Shown here: piece by piece, positions 26,824-38,715 of the stretch
How the letters are laid out: each line of letters begins with the position of its first letter
Position numbering within the stretch: position 1 is the first letter of the stretch
Source: Mobula hypostoma
Lineage: Eukaryota
Length of the DNA: 64,000 nt
Assembly (NCBI RefSeq): GCF_963921235.1
Contig: NC_086106.1
Coordinates: 23,436,001-23,500,000, forward strand
Reading direction: 5' to 3'
Translations under genes and position numbers: made by a program
Notes under the pieces: generated by a model
Databases searched by the model: none
Told to the model about the DNA's origin: nothing
Seen by the model: the letters and a program-made list of their open reading frames with translations, nothing else

Positions 26824-27258
26824 TTCGCCATGGGCAAGGATACATGGCAGAATCGGAGACGAGCGCCCCGGCGATTGTTAAAGTTACATGCCGACTACGT
26901 GTGTCGAAGAGAATAGAAAATCTGTCTGAAAAATCGGGAGATCATTCCTTGCAACCGCTGCTCAGTTTCCTTATTTGAAATTTCGGCGCTGTCCTAGGAA
27001 ACCGTGCGTACCAATATGCAGTACTGCTCCCGTCGGCTGCGGAATAGTTGTAGTTGAGAGTTAGGGTCTGCCCTTCCTGAGCCAAAAGTTGAAGCTGTTT
27101 CTGGGATACTGGATCCTCACCGCAAGCTCCTAGAAGGAAGCAGGACACAATTAGTAGTCTGAGGGTAAATCAAAGCCGAGGGGCGCACATCAGCTTCGTA
27201 ACTTTAGACTCACCTGGAAGGAAGATGACATTCTCCTACGTCATCTGCTGCACATCAT
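26824..27258 (-). pseudogene. TRAV/DV: TCR alpha/delta V pseudogene C2
   Basis: Exon 27129-26824 reads GACGEDPVSQKQLQLLAQEGQTLTLNYNYSAADGSSTAYWYARFPRTAPKFQIRKLSSGCKE*SPDFSDRFSILFDTRSRHVTLTIAGALVSDSAMYPC. It has Cys>Tyr and an in-frame TGA. The RSS is CATATTG / 23 nt / ATAAAAACA (26823-26785). Confidence 0.88.
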
Positions 27259-27746
27259 TCAGATGTTTTGAGTGCACAGAAGTCCCGTTTTAAGTCGCCT
27301 TACCATTGTCTTCAAGGCATGAATTTTGACGCTAAGAAAGCGACCATTGCCGAAGAAAAATTCGTAATTTTATCCTCAGCGTTAGGGCAGCGTACGAGCA
27401 GTCCAGGCGATGCACCTGTTTCGTGAAGATTCACTGTCGTAGTTTATGTACCTTGCGGGATTTGAAAGTTTGGTCCAATCAGTGATCGATATGCTTATTC
27501 GTAATCAGTGTATACTCTCTCACTCAAAAATCCGTACCCCTGCTTCCACATTAGAGGTCTGTAATGAGCAATGTAACGTGCAACGGCTGACACAATGTAT
27601 TAAACAAACGACAGAAAACAATCCGCAGGCCCGTACTGAATGTCTGATGCCAGATGTAAATTTGAGATGTTTATTGTATTTAACATTTGATTTAACCGTT
27701 TAACTGTTGTCGAGACGTTTTTTTTTCTCTCTCTCTCCTTCTCTCT

Positions 27747-27780
<34 letters not shown>

Positions 27781-28299
27781 CTCTCTCTCATCCCTGTCTC
27801 TCCTTCTCTTTCTCTCTATCGCTCTCCTGTATCTCTCTTTATTTCAGTCACTTACACCTTAAAAATTCCAACTACGATCCATACTTGATTTTTTTTTTGT
27901 TTTTGTTTCTCTGTCTCCAGCACGTTTGTCACAGATGGAGATTGTCCACTTGTATTTACATAGAGAAATATAAAACCTACAGTACAATGCAAGCCTTTCG
28001 GCTGACAAAGCAGTAGCAAACGTGACCTACTCTACAAATTCTCCAGGGTTACCCATGAAACTCTATATTTCTAAGCTCCAATCCAATCCAGCAGCCTCTA
28101 AAAAGACCCTATTATTTCCGCCTCAAACACCGCCGTCGGCAGCAACTCTGTCTACATCTCTCGTTTTAAAGTGCAGAAGTTGTTGAATGACATTATACAA
28201 GATTCCTGTCCCATCGTTTTCAATTCCACCGATTGCAATATGTTCAGGAAAACAGATTCGGGATATCACATTTTTGGATTGAATCGTGTTCAGTTTTAA

Positions 28300-28680
28300 G
28301 TCCTTCACATACATGAAGAGTAAAAATCTTTACGTTATGGCTCTGTTTAAATGTACAAAGTGCAATCATAGTCATTAATAATAAATAGAAGAGTCAAAGT
28401 AACATGGAAATACTCTCGTCAGCGTGAGTTAATCGGTCTGTTGGACTGCTGGAAGGAGCTGTCCCGGAACCTATTCGTCCGGGAATTTATGCTGCGTTAC
28501 CACTTTCCGGATGGTAGCAGCTGGAATAGATAGTTTTTGAGGTGACTACGGTCCCCGATCATCCTTCGGACCCCTTATCACAGCAGTCTTTGCAATGCCA
28601 GAATCTCGTTTAAATTCAGCACCGGGCCAATTCTGCTACACACGTTCTCACAAGCACTGGGTGCACAGACAATGCCCCCA
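28300..28680 (-). mobile_element. Rex1/Babar-like LINE 3' remnant (copy 2)
   Basis: Minus-strand translation IGPVLNLNEILALQR..MIGDRSHLKNYLFQLLPSGKW*RSINSRTNRFRDSSF. Boundaries are approximate. Confidence 0.62.
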
Positions 28681-29943
28681 AACAGCTCTCACCAGCTTCC
28701 TCCAGGCAGAATAGAAACACAGCCCGTCTGAACAGTGTCCGGACACATCAGTATTAACGATTCACGACACTCTGACACCCATACATTGGCCTCAAAGAAC
28801 TCCAGTTTAACTGCACAATTATCTTTTGGATAATCACCGGCACTGGTACCCCAAATCTCTAGTGCCCTTAATATTGTCAAGGGTAAATGCTGCAGAAAGC
28901 GATTGTAAAACGAACTGTACAACAACTTGACCTGCTCCACGGTGCCGAATATACGTGTAGCATAGCTTCCATCTATCCGTATCGACACCCGAGGGCGTTG
29001 TCCCTCTAAGCCTTCAGGAATAGTTTTTTTTTTCCTTTCGAGATTTCCTTGGTTTATTGCTAGGAACGTGCTCCCCCAGAGACACAAGCCGATCCCCCAC
29101 CTAGCCTCCACGAAGTTTCCCGACTCCTCTTTGATCAGCTGAGGAACTGAGGAAGGAGCTGATCCCCTTAACTGATCCCCCGGCACTGCAATCAATTTAT
29201 CTGCCCCCACCCCCCAGCCAGAGAAGACACCCTGAAAACTTTCCACCAATCTACTAACACAGGTATGGAAAGCCCGCCAGGTGCTGCATTTTACTTTCAG
29301 TCGAACCAAACGCATTTCCGCCCACTTTCAGATAACTGACGGCTTTCACTACGGGGTAATTGGAACTGACAGTTCTGATATCGTCAACCGCCCGCGTATC
29401 CTAACTTCTAACCAATCCCTGCCGTTTCCCTCAGCCAAGCATTGCCTCTCATCTGACAACTGAGAGGTTCGTCCGCCCACGCACCCGCAGCTTTAAGGGT
29501 GGACATTATCCCAAAAAACAGGCGGAGGTTACCATGGCTGGAACATTTATTCGCAGACATTACCTCCGAAAGAGACCGTTCCCATTCTTTGCTCTCTCTC
29601 CTAACGGTATGGACAGCCCATGGCCCCGCCACACCTGGGGCATCAATAGACACTGGCAGTTCCACCACCATCTCGAGTGCGCTAGTCTGAACTCGAAAAA
29701 AGACCTCAGGGGTACCAACAGCCACCCCACCGAAACCGCATGCAGTAATAACCAACAATCCCACAGAGGTACACGATCTTTCCGCCCCCTCAGCGTGCAT
29801 AATTTAAACAGGGCGATCATACATCATCGAACTAAAACCAGTCCCGGAAAAGCCCCCACAATTTAGCCTACTGATCAGCCTCATGCTCGTTCAGCTCGCT
29901 TTCGTCTAGAGGGAGCAGCCTTCTTTCTGTGTAATCAAGGTTG

Positions 29944-30595
29944 TGTGAATACCGTGTGATATACCCCACACAGACAATTAACAGACTGCACACAATGTAC
30001 GATATACAGATTGCAATTTATCGATCTTCCTGGAACTATGTAATTGACAGTGATACAATATTAAAGGAAAGTGAAAGGCGCAGAAATGAACTGAATCAAC
30101 CACTTCGTGCACAATCGTTGGAGCTCAATTAACGGGGTCCTCTTTCCAACATTAGATCCCCTCCAACCTCCTTGACCAGCCGGCTGGGACCAACCACGGT
30201 GGTAGACCAGAGCGCGTCTAGCATGTCTCTCCTCTTCGGTTCTCCTCCAGACAATCTCTGGGCCTCGCACTCCCTCTTCGTTCCGATCCTCGCCCAGCTT
30301 ACAGCATTTCTCTTATCGCGTCTCCTCTCTCTGTCCCCATCGCACCTTCTGCCCAAAGCACGTGAAAAAAATAGTTTACAGACACACAAGAAAGAATAGC
30401 ATCTATCCCAATCCGTTAGCAAATGAATATAATTCCCGTTATCAGTAATTATAACCCAAACAAGCTGCTACCGTTAAATCATCAGTTAACATTACAGCAG
30501 TTCCTTCTGATTTAATGTTTAACCATTTTATTAAAACATAAAAAGAAGCCATTTTATTTTCCTGAGCACTAACATAAAAGACGAATCTCCTTACA
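29944..30595 (-). mobile_element. Probable solo LTR
   Basis: TG..CA termini (minus strand TGTAAGGAGA...GGTATTCACA), about 650 bp, no ORF. No target-site duplication found. Confidence 0.4.
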
Positions 30596-31483
30596 TATGC
30601 AAACATCATCAAAACTTGCATTTTTTAATATGGTGATAGAGTTTCTCATGGACATCACTATCAACATTTTGTGGGTCTGCCTATACATCGAATATTATTC
30701 CTTTATCCTAATGCTTTAACTTTCTCACCCAGCTGTCTTGAATAAGTCTCGGTGTATCTTGTATCATGAATAGCCCTGCACTTATGTTATTTCTTATGTA
30801 TTTGGCTGCTCATCCACTTACGATCTTGCCTTTGTTTCCCAAGTGAAGCATACCGTTGAATACTATCCTCATCACATCTCAGAATCCAGCCTTGTTCAGT
30901 TATTGCTATTACGTCATCCTTCTACACACTTCCATTAAATCCAGCTCATTAATTTTATTCTTTGTACTTTTTTCATTTAAACAAGGCTTTTTTCGTTTAT
31001 GATCGATGTTTTTCCAGCCTTTTATAACCGATTCTATAATCGTTTTCCATACCTTACGCCGGTGCGAAACATAAAGGAGATAATTTATGTTCTATGCCCT
31101 CAGCGAAATTACGAACGACTGCGCAGGATCATATACCGCTAAACGCACTTACTTCTGATTTTAAAGTACAGCATTTCAACGATCAGATATATTCTAATAA
31201 TCAGCAACGTCTGCAGGAGACTGCTGACACAGAAAATATAAAGCCAGCCAACTGAGCTACAGCTGCAAAGTGGAGAAAAAACACTATTATTTTTCATCAT
31301 CGCAAAAACATGTCTACTGCTCTGGTCAACGGATGACTTACTTTATTTCTTAAGGTCTCTGATCGCATTTATTAGTTACATCGATACTTATGACTAAAAT
31401 GACCGAAATATTATCGGCAAAGTAAATGGATGCAAGAGGTAACTTACATCACATTTTCTGTCTTTTACGTCAAAAAATGTGGA

Positions 31484-32850
31484 TGTTAATGCAGGCGTAC
31501 GATAAATTCAACACCATTTCTCATAAGGGGGCGATGGAAGCGGACTCACATGCAAGATACAGACACTGAAGTACTAGGAACTGGACTATGTTGATAAAGA
31601 ATGCTAGGGAAGCCAAGGAGCGAGGATACGAGGATAACACGAAGGTAGACGAAAAGTGAAAACCTGGACTTGGACTTGGGACTTGAACTTGTCAGGGAAC
31701 TCAGATCGTGACTGGGAACTCGGGTCTTGGCATAGACTCGGATCCAGGGTCTAGACTTGGCTTTAGACTGGAACTAGGACCTGGCATGGACTGAAATCTG
31801 ACTTGGCTTGGACTGGACTCGGAGTTGGCCTGGACCTGACTCGGACTTGGGTCACATTGAATCGGACTTGGCTCGGATATGGCTCGGACTTGACTTGATC
31901 TTGACTCGGACTTGGCTTGGACTTGACTCGAACTAGACTCGGATTTCGAACTTGGCTGCAGACTTGGATTTGAAACTTGGCTCTCGACTTGGACTTGGAA
32001 CCTGACTCTTGACTTGGACTAGGTTCTGACTTGACTTAGACACAGGACACAGAATACTGAGCCGGGGTACCTCCATAGGCACAGCAAATGCAGCCGGGAT
32101 TCTTATTAGACACAGGACACAGAACACTGAGCCTGGGCTCCACCTTGGACACAGGACATGAAGCCGGGATTCTTCTTAGACACAGGAAACAGCAAGCTGA
32201 GCCGGAACTCCTCCTTGGACACAGGACATACTGCCGGGACTCTTCTTAGACACAGGCAGGAAACAATGAGAACGTTCTATGCACATGGTAGCGTCAAACG
32301 ACCGTACCTACCCAGCGGAAGAGAGAATACAGAAAGTCAAAACTACACAACGAGAGGCTGTTCTTTATACCTGACCGGAAAATACTTCAAGTAGCGGCAT
32401 GCCCTCGACGCGGCCCAGGTACTATAGACAGTGGCTCTAGTCTCACTCCGGCGGGTTAACTTGATGCGGATTCTGACAAGATTAGAGACGGGGTTAGTGA
32501 CGAGGTACTGACACAGTCACTGACGAAGTTACTGACTCTGTTACTTCCAAGGTTACTGATGATATTACTGACGAGGCTACTGACGAGGACGGTCCAGCAA
32601 GGTACACTGGACCCTAGAGCTATTTCTGTTGCCACCCCGAAACGAGAATCAGGTGCCATAAGTAAGTCAGCCAACGGAACAAGGGATAAACTGAATAACC
32701 AGAGTACAGAATCCACGGACCGGACCGTGAACCGGAATGCGGACTTCACGTGCCAGGCCGTGATAGTACCCCCTCCTCTATGGGAACCTCCTCACAATCC
32801 AACAGGCTTGTCTGGGTTATAGTTGACCCGGGAGGGTGCGGGGAGGTGGG
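31484..32850 (-). mobile_element. 3' end of a Gypsy-type element: pol tail, polypurine tract and ~1.3-kb LTR
   Basis: On the minus strand, AGAGGAGGGGGTAC (PPT) is immediately followed by TATCA at 32765 (TGTCA-like LTR start). The putative LTR end is a + strand TGTTAA at 31484. Internal tandem repeats are present. Confidence 0.5.
31665..32256 (+). repeat. Degenerate (GACTTG)-type short-unit array followed by three 70-bp tandem units
   Basis: GGACTTGG/GACTCGG variants over 31665-32036. TAGACACAGG recurs at 32037, 32107, 32177 and 32247 (period 70). Confidence 0.85.
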
Positions 32851-35139
32851 TTTCAACAAGAGGGGATCCTAGATGGCGAGAGTTTAACGACACTGTCCGT
32901 GTCGCTGGACCCATGTCTGACTGCGCCGATATGTTCCAAGGGGGCGATGGAAGTGCCTTTGCTACAACCACGGAAACGTGGCTTTGTCGATTCATCCCAA
33001 TGATCTCAATTTCACAGCTTACCATTGACATTGGATGAGTTGTTTGATTGGAAATAGCTCTATCCAGAACAGTTCAAATTTCAAAGCAGAAAGAACACAT
33101 TTCTACCCATATAGGCAACCAAATTTCATTTTCTTGCGGGAAATCAAAGTAAGTATAGGAAATAAAAAAAAAATAGAAACAAAGACAGACAGCAACCAAA
33201 AGGCCGGGCAACAAGCAATTTGCAAAATAAAAAGAAAAGTTACAAATTGGCAGGGGTACTCTTACTGACTGACGTGCATGTACTTTCCTGTGGTAATGCA
33301 GCCTTGGCACATTGATGTTATCTATTCCCAAATCCCTTCTTTCCTCTAATATCTTTACAGTTAGTGTTACTGACAGTGCGGTAGGTAGACCTTGGCTCTG
33401 CCATATTTTGGCAAAACTTATCGTAAATCGCAAATGGAGTTCAGTCCAGTGAGGTGAATAACATTGAAGGACGTTGTGTTACATAACATCATCCGCATGA
33501 ATACGGTCGACTGCAAGACATGCGTCGTCATATTAGACGTACATGAAAAAACAAACAAACAAACAAACAAACAAACAAACAGAAGATATATTGGGCTAAT
33601 GACAAATGCGAAGATATTCCGATGGCAGTTGACAGTATCTCCTCTACCTTCTGAGTGGAAAGTACAAGAAGGGAACTGTATGTGAAATTGGTTGCAGATG
33701 GCGTGCTGACTGTATTCCAGAAATCCACAGATGTAGAAACATACAAGAGAGTCCGAAGGTTATCCACCAAGTGCCGGGAGATAAGCTTGATAGGATTTAT
33801 TCCAACTAGTCTGTGAGGACGAAAGAGCTCGAAAAACAAGATTAGGTGCAAAACCAGATGGATCTATAATTTCTGATTCATATAATCTTGATTTATAATG
33901 CAATATTTTTTTTGTCTTTACAGGTGTGTCCATAATTTCATCAGCAATTGCTGACTGAAAGGAAGATTACCACTCTTCTGTCATTATCAGTTTCTGAAAC
34001 ACAAAGATAACAGACGCAAAAAATTAAAACGCACAGCTCGTGTTGCAGACAACTCTCTGGTATATTTACATATCTGAACAAATTTATTCCACAGAGTATT
34101 ATCAATTATCATATTAATATTATTTAGAATAAAAAATAATATTAATTATTTGACAAATTTAACAAGTTAAATCGGAAAAAAAGGTATATATTTTTTTATA
34201 ATATTGTATAGCAACAGCTGTGCAAACCATTTTATCGAACCGGGTGTTTACCTGCGTCTATCCGTTCTTTATAATGAAATTCTTGTCACTATAATTTAAG
34301 AAATAATATTGTCAAAATTTCCGAATTGGCATAGAGCATTTTTTTTTACATCAAACAAACACCATGCCCAACTCAAACAGCAGTAGAAGACGTTAGGCAG
34401 TTATAACAACTGACAGGCACAATGAAAAAAGTTAAATACTTAGACGAGACGGCCTCGAGGTTCAGCAGTTTAATAATAATTGACGTTCATTATGTGTTGA
34501 TTGCAAACGTTAGTATGTGTTGTATTCTGATACCGTAACAATGCAAATAAGTTGAACCTCTAATATCTTTAAGAATAAACGTAGTAGTACGATTTCTATT
34601 TAGAATATTGATGGATTCTATTCGGTACAGTGTGTTTCTCAATTGTATTAACACTTATTTCGAAATTGTATTACAAAATGATATAAAATATCAGCTCCAC
34701 TGCAAAAAGTTACGTGTCCGGGCAATTAGGTATTGAGAGGCCGCTCACTCACGTAGTTTACAGGGATCAGTGCTTTACAAACAACAGTGGCGGGCAGCAC
34801 CAAATAATATATTGATAGATTCTGCAGAGGCATATCCTGGAGTGTCTTTTAATCCTAGTAAACAGTGGAGTTTATGGTCCAGCTCTCAAGATGTTGGAAA
34901 GATAACAAACACAGGGTTGAACCTGGTACCACTAAAGGAAATACACTTCACCTTCTTGTCGAATTATTCAATGATTAGTATCACGATAATGCTCAGAGCG
35001 CAAACAGAGCGCTGCTCAGTTGCAGACCCGAGCCAATAAAATCAGGATCATGCGAAATGCAGATTGCTGAAAAGAGACTTGGAAATCTATAATCATTTAT
35101 CATCTGAATAACTCGATCCTGTATGTTCAATGACTGGAA

Positions 35140-38100
35140 TGTTATGGTCCCTTCTGGCAATCCCCCATTGACCATTTACTTCAGAAATTGAGCGTAATGA
35201 CCTCATTCAAATTCCAATCATTCCCACGTTCCACTAACTGCACACACCTGCTTCCCATCAGGAACTGCAGGATAAAGACCCTGTGACCACAACAAGGAGT
35301 TGCCAGTTCATTCGTCGACTCTTGCATGAGTAGCCTCGTTCCATGGTTCTTAGGACTATCAGTTCTAAGGCTAGCATCGTTCTGGAATTCTTCACTAAAA
35401 CGAAGACTTCGGCTAAATACTCTCCAGACACCAATTCCACGCTCGCTACGAGCATGACGCCCTCCGACCCGGCCTCTGCGACTGTGTTCAGCACTTGGGT
35501 TCGTAGCACCCCGACGTACTTGCAACAGAACGAAATAACCCTGTCCCTGCCTTCGCACCGCCCGTATGATTGTGCCATCTACCTCCTCCCCGGGGCCCGG
35601 CTACCCAGCAGTCGCCTTTTTCAACCTATTTCGACCGGAGAGAGAGGCAATGGAGAAATGCATTAGTGAGTCCCTCGCGGCGGACATTATCGGGACTTTA
35701 TCCTCCCCGGTAGGCGCCGGTTTCTTTTTTTGTGGAAAAGAAGGACGGAATCTTCGCCCTTGTATCGAGTACCGAGGCTTAAATAATAGAACAGTTAAGA
35801 ACAAGTACCGTCTGCCACTCATTAGTTCGGCATTTGAACCACTGCATGGAGCTACCATCTTCTCAAAGCTGAACCTTCGCAACGCCTACCATTTAGTCAG
35901 GATGAAGGAGGGGGACGAATGGAGAACGGCGTTCAATACACCTCTGGGCCACTTTGAATAATTGATTATGCCATTTGGCCTCACCAATGCTCCCACCGTT
36001 TTCCAAACCCTGATCATTGACAGACTGAGGGATTTTATCAATCGGTTCATATTTGTTTACCTTGACGATATGCTGGTATTTTCTAGCAGCCCCCAAGAGC
36101 ACGTACACCATGTCCGTCAAGTCCTCCAGCCAATAAGGGAAAAACAATTATTTGCAAAGGCGGAGTAATGCGAGTTTCACGTTCCTTTGGTCAGCTTCCT
36201 AGGCTGTATCATTGAAAACGGGCAGGTAAAGGCAGACCCCGACAAGATCCCTGCAGTGGAGGACTAGACACACGACACGCAAACAACTTCAACGATTCCT
36301 GGAGTTTGCAAATTTCTATCGTAGATTTCTCAGAGACTACAGTCAAGAGGCGCCCCTTCTCTCTACCACCCCCCCCCCCCCCACACACTTTACCCGGCTT
36401 ACCTCGCCTACCATACCGTCTTGATGGGACACCGAAGCGGACTCGGCATACACCGACCTGTAGAGGGATTTCACCACCGCTCCAATTCTGGTCCATCCGG
36501 GCCCATCACGTCAATTTATCGTTGAGGTGGACGCCTCCGACTCCGGGATATGAGCAGTTCTGTCCCGACGATCAAGTTCGGACAAAAAAACGTCACCCCT
36601 GCGCCTTCCACTCTCGCCGACTGTCCCCCGCCGAGCAGAATTACGACGTGGGGAATCGGGAACTGCTGGCGGTTGAACTAGTGCTGGAAGAATGGAGGCA
36701 CTGGTTGGAGGGGGCAGTACACCCGTTTGTTGTACGGACTGATCATAAGAATCTGGGGTATATTCAGACCGCCAAGCGATTGAACTCTCGCCAGGCCCGC
36801 TGGGTATTATTGTTTTGTCGGTTCAAGTTTACCCTCACGTACCGTCCAGGATCCAATAACGGGAAGCAGGACGCACTATCCCGCCAGCATGATTCTAAGG
36901 ATGACACCTCCGGTCCCGAGACTATCTTCCCAACATCCTGCGTGGTTGCCAATCTCACTTGGGAGATCGAGGCTAAAGTAAACGAAGCCCAGCGGGACGA
37001 CCACGACCCTATCAATTGACCTGGCGATATCCTATAGGTGCCCGACTCCGTCAGGTCCCAGGTTCTCCAATGGGGGCACAAATCCCGGTTCGCCTGCCAC
37101 CCCGGGAGTACTCGGACTCTGGCTGTCCTGAGGAAGCACTTTTGGTGGCCGTCCATGGAGAGGGACACCCGTTCTTATGTCTCGGCTTGATCCATCTGTG
37201 CCTGGGGAAAAGGTTTCTATCGACCATTGCGGAACTGGTCGTCCCTGGTCACACAGCGCCTGAGTCTTCATCGGTGGTCTATCCACTTCACGTTGAAACA
37301 CCACTAGTCTCAATGTGGTAGACCGATTCTAAAGGCGGTGAACTTTGTAGCCGTCCCCAAACTACCTTCCTCTCAAGAAACTGCAGATCTTCTCATCCAC
37401 CACGTCTTCCGCCTCCACGGAATCCCCGCGGACGTCGTCTACGACCGAGGTCCCCAGTTCGTCCCGTAGGTATGGAAGGCCTTCTACCAAGCCTTGGGCG
37501 GATTGGTCAGCCTGTCATCCGGCCTCAACACCTAGACGAACGGGCAGACGGAACGGGTCAACCTAAACCTGGAGGCGAAGCTATGTCGTTTAACGGCAAA
37601 AAACCCGTCGACCTGGAGCGACCACTTCCCGTGGGTTGAGAACGCCAACAACTGTCCGGTTATTTTTGCCATTGGAAGGTCTCCATTCTAGTGCTGCCTT
37701 GGGTACCAACGCTCGCTGTTCCCCACGCAAGAAGAGGAGGTTGCAGTACCGTCGGTTCAGGACCATATTGATCTGTGCCCTAGGTTTTGGGAGGAGACAC
37801 GCACGGCGCTACTCAGATCAACAAATCGAAATAAGAAGACCGACACTGCACTCTGGCGCCGGAGTAGCAATCTGGACAGATGGTGTGGCTTGCCTCCAAG
37901 GGCATACCGCTCTAGAACAAACATAAGAAGCACACCCCTCGCTTCCTGGTGCCATTCAAGCCTGAAAGGGTTATAAATCCCACAGCGGTCCGCCTTAAGC
38001 TGCCAAGATCCATGCACATTCACCCAACATTTCACGTGTCTCAGTTAAAGCCAGTTTCTGTCAGCCCCTTGTGTCCCCCAGCTGAGATTCCCCCACCTAC

Positions 38101-38715
38101 CCGTATCATCGACAACCATCCGGCAAACACCGAACAACGACTAATAGATGTGCGCCGTCGGGGCAGGGGACTCCAATACCTGTTGGACTGGGAAGGTTAC
38201 GGTCCGGATGAGCGGTCCTGGGGTTCCCGCTCCTTTATCCAAGACCCTTCCCTCATCCAGGACTTTCATCCGGACTATCCAGACAGGCCTGGATGATAGT
38301 CTGGAGGCTCCCGTTGAGGGGAGAGTACTGTCATGGTCCCTTTTGGCACTCCCCCACCACGCCAGTTACCTCAAAATTAGGCTTCAATCACCTCATTTAA
38401 ATTCCAATCATTCCTACGTTCCACTAACTGCACACACCTGCTTCCCATCCGAAACTGCAGGATAAAGACACTGTGACCACCACAAGGAGTTTCCAGTTCG
38501 TTGGTCGACTCTTGTGTGGGTAGCCTCATTCCATGTTTCTTAAGACTATCAGTTCTAAGGCTAGCACCGTTCCTGAATTTTCTACTAAAACCAAGACTTC
38601 GGCTAAAGACTCTCTGGACATCAATTCCACGCTCGCTACGACATAACACCTCCGGATTCGGCCTCCGCGTCTGTGTCCAGCACTAGGGTTCGTATCACCG
38701 CCAAGTCACGCAACA
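35140..38715 (+). mobile_element. Chromodomain-bearing Ty3/Gypsy LTR retrotransposon, gag deleted, degenerate
   Basis: LTRs at 35140-35527 and 38329-38715 (TGT..ACA), PPT GAGGGGAGAG before the 3' LTR, flanks TGGAA/TGGAG. The pol relic has RT ([12 protein letters not shown] at 36058-36069), RNase H ([18 protein letters not shown]), integrase, and a chromodomain ([15 protein letters not shown]). Confidence 0.92.

Larger units (their letters stand above)
16111..29733 (+). repeat. Segmental tandem duplication, unit 2
   Basis: Collinear with unit 1. It lacks the 2.55-kb CR1 and a 314-bp piece (372-685). Identity is roughly 85-95% by eye. Confidence 0.93.

Noticed and set aside
28689-29315. 208-aa minus-strand ORF
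   Set aside because: The paralog in unit 1 is broken into several short ORFs and no domain is recognisable. Probably decayed repeat sequence.
32037-32256. Regularly spaced 70-bp repeats considered as a CRISPR-like array
   Set aside because: The units are contiguous with no unique spacers, the context is eukaryotic LTR sequence, and there are no cas genes.
33560-33860. RRYSDGS*QYLLY on the + strand resembling V FR2
   Set aside because: No Cys, Trp, YYC or RSS in register.
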